From positions 1-31,372 of the IMG/VR virus record IMGVR_UViG_3300032318_001419: a stretch of 31,372 bases of DNA. The stretch is one strand, 5' to 3'. Both the position numbers and the translations under genes were made by a program. The notes under the pieces were generated by a model. The model was not told where the DNA came from, did not search any database, and was given only the letters and a program-made list of their open reading frames with translations. Positions 8,501-17,500 of this stretch are shown here, in pieces; position 1 is the stretch's first letter, and every line of letters starts with the position of its first letter. The stretch comes from a virus. Its lineage: Duplodnaviria; Caudoviricetes.

Positions 8501-11500
8501 ATGCCAACGGTACTTTCCAAGAAGCCTATAACTATCAATACACAGTAGGCACCAACACAACCACAATCAATTTGCTGACCACTTATGTGCCCGGAGATTT
8601 GATTGAAGTAACAGTGCTCAGCGATCAAGTCAGTGTTGCAGGATTTTATGAAGTCCCTACTAACTTAGAAAATAATCCGCTAAATGACAACAGCAAAGAA
8701 TTTACATTGGGTACTATACGCAATCATTATGTTGGACTTGCGGAAAATTTAATAGCATTACAGGGCCCGGCCATTGGTGCAAACAATACTCGTGACCTTG
8801 GCAATATTGTTCCTTACGGTTTACAAATATTACAACAAAGCTCGCCACTGACCTTGCCTGGTTACTTCATGCGCGATGAAAGTTATAATATTTTTGCATC
8901 GTTGGCCTACAACAGCACAGAATATATTAAATTTAAATCACAGTTGTTAAACGCTGTAACCACATTTGGTATTGCCGACTACGATAATTGGACTGTGGCT
9001 GAATTACTAGATGCCAGTATTGCTCAAATAACTCTAGGCAGAACTGATCTAAACCCGTTCTACTGGAGCGACATGTTGCCCACAGGCACAGTGTTTACTT
9101 CAAACAGTTACACAGTCAATCCAATAACCACCAGCAGATTTAACACAGTACAGACTTACAACTTTACTGAATCAAATTATCTGGGTCTATGTGTCTATGT
9201 TAACGATGTATTATTGACCCGTGATTATGGATACACAGTCAGCACGGAAAGTGCTACGTTAACCATACTAGTGCCTTTAGCAGTGGGTGATGTGGTTACT
9301 ATCAATGAATACTCCGACACCGCTGGAAACTTTGTTCCCAATACACCCACCAAACTAGGACTGTATCCTAAATATGAACCCAAGATTTTTTTAGATGAGG
9401 ATTATGTAAATCCTACTCCAGTAATACAAGGACACGACGGTTCGATCACTGTGGCCTTTGGCGACATACGAGATCAAGTATTATTAGAATTTGAACAACG
9501 TATTTTTAGCAATCTTAAAAATGATGGCAACCCTCCGCCGCTAGTAGCTGAGGATGTAATTCCTGGGTATTTCCGTTCTACAGATTATACACAGGCCGAG
9601 GTCAATCAGATTCTAGGTGAAAATTTCTTAGCTTGGGTGGGCGCCAACAAGTTAGACTATACTCAGCAGACTTACATTGCTGACAATGAGTTTACCTACA
9701 ACTACAGTCAAGCTGGCAACAGACTAGATCAAAAACCGTTGCTGGGTGCTTGGCGCGGAATTTATCGTTATTTCTATGATACCTTAACTCCAAATCTTAC
9801 ACCATGGGAAATGCTGGGCCTAAGCGAACAGCCCGAATGGTGGGAAAATACCTATGGTCCAGTACCATACACCAGTGACAACTTGGTGCTGTGGGAAGAC
9901 CTAGCCGCAGGCTTGATCAAGGATCCTGTTGCACCTTATATAGATCCCAAGTATATACGATCAGGATTAACTGATGTAATTCCAGTTGACAGCCAAGGTC
10001 AGTTATTGCCACCATTCTATAGTGTAATGGGCGCATATAATCCACAAGGATTTGTCAAGAGTTGGCAAGTAGGCGATGGCGGCCCGGTGGAAGCTTCGTG
10101 GTGGTCGAGTTCTAGTTATCCATTTGCTGTTATGCGTTTGTTAATATTAACACGCCCGGCCGAGTTCTTTAGTTTATTTGCCGATCGCGACCTATACAAA
10201 TACAATGCCGAATTTGACCAATATCTTTACGATGGCCGTTATAGAATACAGCCACAAAATATTCAAGTCTATGGCAACGGTGTTAGCAAGGCCAGTTATA
10301 TTAACTGGATCGTTGACTACAATCAGCAGTTAGGTATCAACAGCACTGATGCATTGACTACGGATCTGGCTAATCTAGATGTGCGTTTGTGCTACCGTGC
10401 CGCATCGTTTATTGCGCAACAAAACTTGTCTATGTACTTGGAAAAAAGTAGCCCCAACAGCCAAAATAGCAGTTTGCTGATTCCTCCTGAGAGTTACAAT
10501 TTATTGTTATACAAAAATCAGCCGTTCAATAGAATAAACTACAGTGCTGTGATTGTTGAGGTAGTCGACGGCGGATACAGTGTATATGGATACAGCACCA
10601 CAGATCCTTATTTTTCAATTTTAGAAAGTCAAATTACTGGACTTACACAAACTCTAACAGGCGGCAATATATCAGTAACGGTTCCTAAACAGTATTCTAA
10701 TCGAACAGTACAGATACCGTATGGGTATACCTTTACTAACTTGACCAGTGTGGTTGATTTCTTATTGAGTTATGGCCAATATCTAGTTGACCAGGGTCTT
10801 ACATTTGCTGCTCGAGAAAATGGCTACACCTTAAACTGGATACAGATGGCCCAGGAATTCATATACTTTGCTAATCAAGGCTGGGCCACCGGAACTATTA
10901 TCAATCTAAACCCATCTGCCAACCAGGTTATTTCCTTTAAGGCTGGCGCAGTGGTAGATTCTATTGTGACCTACACACCAGAAAATGTGTTGTTGGATCA
11001 AAATCGCCAGGCATTCAATGTTAGAAATTTAATTGTACAACGCGAAGGCAATACATTTACTTTAAATCCAGAACCCGGCGGCAGTCAAACCATTAGCTAC
11101 TTACAGTTAAAATTTACTGATTATGAAAACATGGTTGTCTTGGATAATCGTACAATCTTTAACGATTTGGTCTACAACACTGCCACCGCCGAACGACAAA
11201 GTCGTCTTAAGTTGTTGGCTGCCACAAGCACTCAGTGGAACGGTACACTAAACGCTCAAGGCTTTATATTAAATCAAAACAATGTGGTTGATTGGAAACC
11301 TAACACCAAATACACTAAAGGTGATATTGTTCTTTACAAAAACGGTTACTGGCAAGCGTCTACAATTATACAGCCCAAACTTAAATTTGAATACACAGAT
11401 TGGTACAAGAGCAATTATGATTCCATACAACAAGGACTATTGCAAAACTTGGCAACCAAAGCTGATCAGCTGGCCAACAGCTACGACACCCAAACAGCCA

Positions 11501-14500
11501 ATCTCAATAGAGACAACGACTTATTAGCTTTTAATTTAATTGGGTGGAATCCAAGACAATACATGGTAGATTTAGATTTGAGTGACACTAGCCAAATAAA
11601 TTTATATCAACAGTTTATTAAGACTAAAGGAACTACTCGTGCTACTGATTTGTTTACTCAAGTTAACTTTAACCAGTTATCAGCACAATATAAGATATAT
11701 GAGAACTGGGGTATATTAGCTGGAACATATGGCGCTCAAGCCAATCGCAGTTGGTTTGAAATTGCTCTCAACGAAGCAGTGTTAACTGGTAATCCAAGCA
11801 CGGTGCAAATTATCCAGCCTGGCACCGAAAGTCAAGCTGATCAAACTGTGTTGTTGAGCAATCTTTGGGCTGAAAGCTATGCAATACCTACCACCGATAT
11901 ATTGCCTACAACCTATACCACTGATTCGGATACAGCGTTGCCATCAGCAGGTTATGTCAATCTCAACGATGCAGATATTACAGTATTCAATCTAAACGAC
12001 CCTAGCAGTATTGCAGCTAATCTCAACACAGTTGGCAACGGAACCACAATCTGGGTAGCACAAGACAACAGCTATGACTGGAACATTTACCAGTGTGCTC
12101 AAGTTACAGGGCGCCTAACACAACTAATTGACAACCTTAATGGAACCAGCCGCGCACAGTTCAGTACTACAGTTAATCTTGCAGTAGGCGATTTAATAAT
12201 TGTTCGTTATTTTAGTGATGCAGTAGATGGAGTCTATCGAGTACTAAGCAGACCATCAATAGACAGTGCGGTCATTCAGTATGCATTTACAAACTCCAAT
12301 CAAACCACACTCACCGGTAACGGCATTGTGTTTTATTTGCAGACCATGCGTGTGGCGCAATCCAGCGACATTGGCACATTGCCTTATGTAAATCAACTTA
12401 TACCTGGCGCTACAGCTTGGGTTGATAATGATGGATCCGGACATTGGCAAGTATTACAAAAAACTAATCCGTTTGCGCCTATAGATACCTTGTCAGCAAC
12501 CGTCCCGGAAGCTAACTCATTATTTGGTACTAGTGCATCTCAAAGTGCTGATCATTACGCTTTATTAGTAGGTGCACCAGCTGCCTCAGGCGGATCGGGT
12601 GCGGTCTACACTTATCGACTAGGCGACGTCAACGACTATGTAGAAAATACAGAACTATTTCTTACAGCCACAGATACAGAGGGCTTTGGAGGCAGTGTAG
12701 ATTTTGGTAATAGAACTTGGTCGGTGGCTGGAGCTAGTGCCAGTAACTCAGGAGCAGGATACGCTGCTGTAATTTACTTGGTACCCGGCACAAATGATTA
12801 TTTACAAACACAATTACTAGTAGCACCAGATCAAAACTTTAGTGCCACTGGGTTTGGAACCGCGGTACAAATGAGTGACAACGAACGTTGGATGTATATC
12901 AGTGCGCCAGGCGCAAATCAAATTTATGCATACGGTCGAGTTGATATTCCAAATCAATCAGTATCTTATACTGCTAACGGAACCACCGCCACATTTGTTT
13001 ATAATGATAACATCATGGTTAATCCAGCATATCCTGATCAGTTATTAGTAACCGTAAATAACAATCTGCAGGTGTACGGCACAGATTATACTATTAATGG
13101 TGTATTGGTTCAATTTTTTAATAGGCCTGGCAATCAGAACAAGGTGATTATCCGCCGACGTCAATCTGTGCAGTTGGATTTTGCCACGTATACTGGCGTA
13201 GTCCAAAACAGCACAACCGGGGTTGGATCTGGGGCTATATTTACTGTGGCCAACACACGTGGAGATTACTCAGTTTCATTAACAGCACCCGGCATTAATT
13301 ATACAGTTGGCAATCAGCTAACTATTAGTTACACACAAATTGATCCTAACGGAAGTGTTGCTAATGATATTACAATTACAGTAACTGAGGTAACGTCGGG
13401 TGGAATTACTGGATATACATGGTCTGGTAGTGGAGTTGATAATACCGCAGTGTTTTCTTTAGTCAATTATCTATATACTGCCACCACGTATGATTCGTTT
13501 ACAGTGAGAGTTGGTGGCCAATTACAACGACCTTACATTGATTACACATTCAGCAGTGGCACACTTACCTTTGTTACTGTGCCAGCGCCCGGTGCTATCA
13601 TTACAGTAGATTCGGCCACTATTGGTGCATATTGGCAATATGTAAATGCGCTTGATTCCAATTATTATCCTATTACTGTTGATCCTAATGCGCAACTTGG
13701 CCACAGCCTCACCACTAATACAGTAGGCACAGAAATTTTAGCAGGCGCACCTTACGACAGTGCGGTGGATGCTAATGGCAATACCATTAATAATGCAGGC
13801 GCGGTGTATGCATTTGATCGCAGTGTAGTTAGATACACGATTAGTGATCCTACACAACTAACCTACGCTATTCCCGGAGATTACACCGATCCTATTGCAG
13901 TAGTGTTAAACAATCAATACTTGACCAATACTGCCCAGTATATTAATGGACAATTTACTGTAAGTGGAAGTAACCTTGTATTGTCTAGCTCGATAACATT
14001 GACAATAGGCGACATATTGGAAATTGAAACCAATCAATTCCAGTTCGTACAAAAATTTACGGCCAATAATGTAGTTGACGAATCACAGTTTGGCTATAGC
14101 ATAGATATCTGCTCCAACAGTTGTAGCATATATGTTGGCGCCCCATTAGATTCTAGTGCCTCCCAAGTGCCACAAGCTGGTATGGTTCAAAGAGAGGTTA
14201 ATCAATCAAGGATCTATGGTATAACCACTAGCACTGTAGCTAATCCTACGCTGACTGCCGGCGATACTATTCGCATTAATAATATAGAAGTAACAGTACC
14301 GGATAGTCCTAACAATACAGTAGCCGGATTAGTAACAGCTATTAATTCTGCTGGCATACCCAATGTTATAGCTACCAATGCAAGTAACGTCGTATTAGCC
14401 GGTGACGGAAAAACAAAAATATTCAGTGTTGGCAACATTTATTCGTCTGCTAGTGCATATACTACAGTGGTCTACCTTGATGATGTGCTACAAACTGCTG

Positions 14501-17500
14501 GGGTAGATTACACCTACAACAATACCACACGTCAGATTGCATTTATATCAACACCGGCTCTAGGTTCAGAAATCTTAGTAGTGGCCGGCCGTATAACGCT
14601 AAGTGTAATTAATCTTGCAGCCGCAACAGAATTTAATAAACTTACAGTATTACCTGGCGTGGCTTCTAACGATAGTACCATTGGCTCAGCATTTTATGAT
14701 CTTGGCTTTGTGACGTATGCTTACACACAAACTATTACAAGTCCAGCCCCTACAGACTTTGCACAATTTGGATCCTCATTAAATGTAAACACCGGTGCCG
14801 TGAACTTGGTAGTCGGAGCCCCCAATGGTAGCGTGTATGAACCAACTGTATTTGATGGCGGCGAAACTTATTTTGATGATCGTAGTACTACATTCTTTGG
14901 ATATATTAATAATTCCGGAGTGGTGTTTACATATGATTATTTGCCTAGTGCTGACAGCAGTTTAGCTAATCCTGGAAAATTTGTGTTTGGACAACAAGTT
15001 TATGTGACTTCGTTGTCTACAGGAGACCTATTTGGTACAGCAGTTAACTATAGAAATGGTAGATTATTAGTAGGAGCGCCAGGCAGTGATCTTGGTGACA
15101 GCAGTGTAAACTATGGCAGTGTATCAGTATTAAATAATGCCGGCGACGCCGCAGTATGGAAAGTACTTTACGCTCAACAACCAATGGTTGATGTAAATTT
15201 AATCAATTCTGTATATTCCTATGATAAACTGTTGAACAGCACACAGACCTACTTTGATTACATTGATCCTTTGCAGGGCAAGATCCTGGGTGTGGCCCGT
15301 AGAAACATTGATTATATTGGTGCTGTTGATCCAGCCAGTTACAATACCGGCACTGTACACAACATAGGAACTAGTTGGGGGCCTGGCCACGAAGGAGAAA
15401 TTTGGTGGGACACCAATTCAGTTAGATTTATTGATGCCAACCAAGACAATATAACCTACGCCAGTCGCAGATGGGGACAAGTATTTCCTGGTAGCACAAT
15501 TGATATCTATCAATGGACTGCCAGCTCAGTGCCGCCTGCTAATTACGCCGGTACAGGCACACCACTTAGTACTACCAGTTATACCGTCTACTCATCTATA
15601 GATAATCAAGGTCTGTTGGTTACAACCTATTATTTCTGGGTACGTGGAATTAATACTGTGGCAACAGCATATGGAAAAACTCTAAGTGCTACAGCCATTG
15701 CCAGTTATATCCTAAGTCCGGCCAGCAGTGGCTTACCTTACATAGCAGCACTAACAGCCAATGCTGTTGCTATCTATAATGCCGATACGTTATTATCAGC
15801 ATTTGACACTATATTACACGTGGAATATGACCGCCAGGCTCAAGGTGGAGACAACGATATACACACAGAATACAATTTTATTGCCGACGGAAAGGCTGAT
15901 TCATTTTTAAACCCAAATTTATATCGTAAACTTATAGACAGTTTCTGCGGAGCAACTGATTCAGGATCTTCAGTACCAGATCCTTTGTTGAGTCCAGGCA
16001 TGCAATTTGGTGTACAGTTCCGTCCACGCCAAAGTATGTTTGTTAACCGCTTTAAGGCCTTAGAAAATTATCTAGGGTATACTAATACAGTATTGGCACA
16101 ATATCCTATAAGCGAAACCCGTAGTTTCCGATTGTTAAACAGTAGCGAACCTACCCCAGCGGCCAATTCTGGTGCGTGGGATTTTGAAGTTGCTACTCTT
16201 GAAATCTTGGCCTACCAAGATCTTTATGTAGTGCCTATTGGATATCTATATCTGGTATTAACTGATACTAACCAAGACGGCCGTTGGACCATATATGAAG
16301 TCGCTAATGGACCTTTACCCGGTGAACGTGTGGTAAATTTGGTACGAGTACAAAACTATGACACATCCCTATATTGGAATTATATTGACTGGTATCTACC
16401 AGGATACAACAGCAGTATACAACCTGTCGCCACAGTATCCAATACCGCTGGATTACAAACTTTAAGTTTGAGCGCAGCACCTGTTGGTAGTAGTGTTAAA
16501 GTCACTGCTAATGGCCGAGGTAAATTTGAAATTTATCTGCGTACCAATACTGGATGGGATCGTGTAGGTCTTCAGGACGGAACCATTGAATTTAGTTCAG
16601 TGTTGTGGGACTATACCGCTGGCGGATTTGGATTTGATGTTGAAGTGTTTGACGCAAATTATTTTGATCAAGCGCCTGTGGCTGAAACCCGTCAAATTAT
16701 CAAAGCAATTAACGAAGAATTGTTTATAGACGACTTGTTGATTGAACGTAATCAAGCGTTGATATTAACATTTAAATTTATATATAGTGAATTTACTAGC
16801 CCCAACTGGTTGGTTAAGACTAGCTTCATTGACGTAGATCATATAATCCGTGGATTGTTGCCATACGAATTATATCAACCCGATAATCAAACGTTTGTGA
16901 TAGATTATCTCAACGAGGTCAAACCGTATCACGTACAGAATCTTGCATTTAATTTGATTTATGATGGGATTGACCAATATCCCGGATCATTAACTGACTA
17001 TGATGTTCCTGCCTACTGGAATACCACATTAGATCTTCCACAATTTGTAAGCCCAGTATTGACACCATACACTTATAGCAACAGCGTGAATCAATCATTT
17101 ATTAGTGATACCTCTGCCAATGCTCAAATTTGGTTAGAGAGACCTTGGAGCGATTGGTTTAACAATTATACCTTAAGCCTAGACAGCATTGATGTAGTTG
17201 ACACTACTACCTCGTATTATGATATTCCAGTTGTAACTATTGGAGCCGAATGGCAAGCCAGCACCACATACACAGTTGGACAACAGATAGCACACCGCAA
17301 TAATCTGTATACTGTGACTGTGGCTGGAACCACAGGAACCTCTGCACCAACATTTACTTCTGGAAGTTCTGTCGATGGCACTGCAACATTAACCTACACT
17401 GGGCCACGAGCACAGGCCACAGCCGTTCTTAGAGCCAATGGTACCATAGCCACGGTCACAGTCAATGTGACTGGATCTGGTTATTTGACCACTCCACTGA

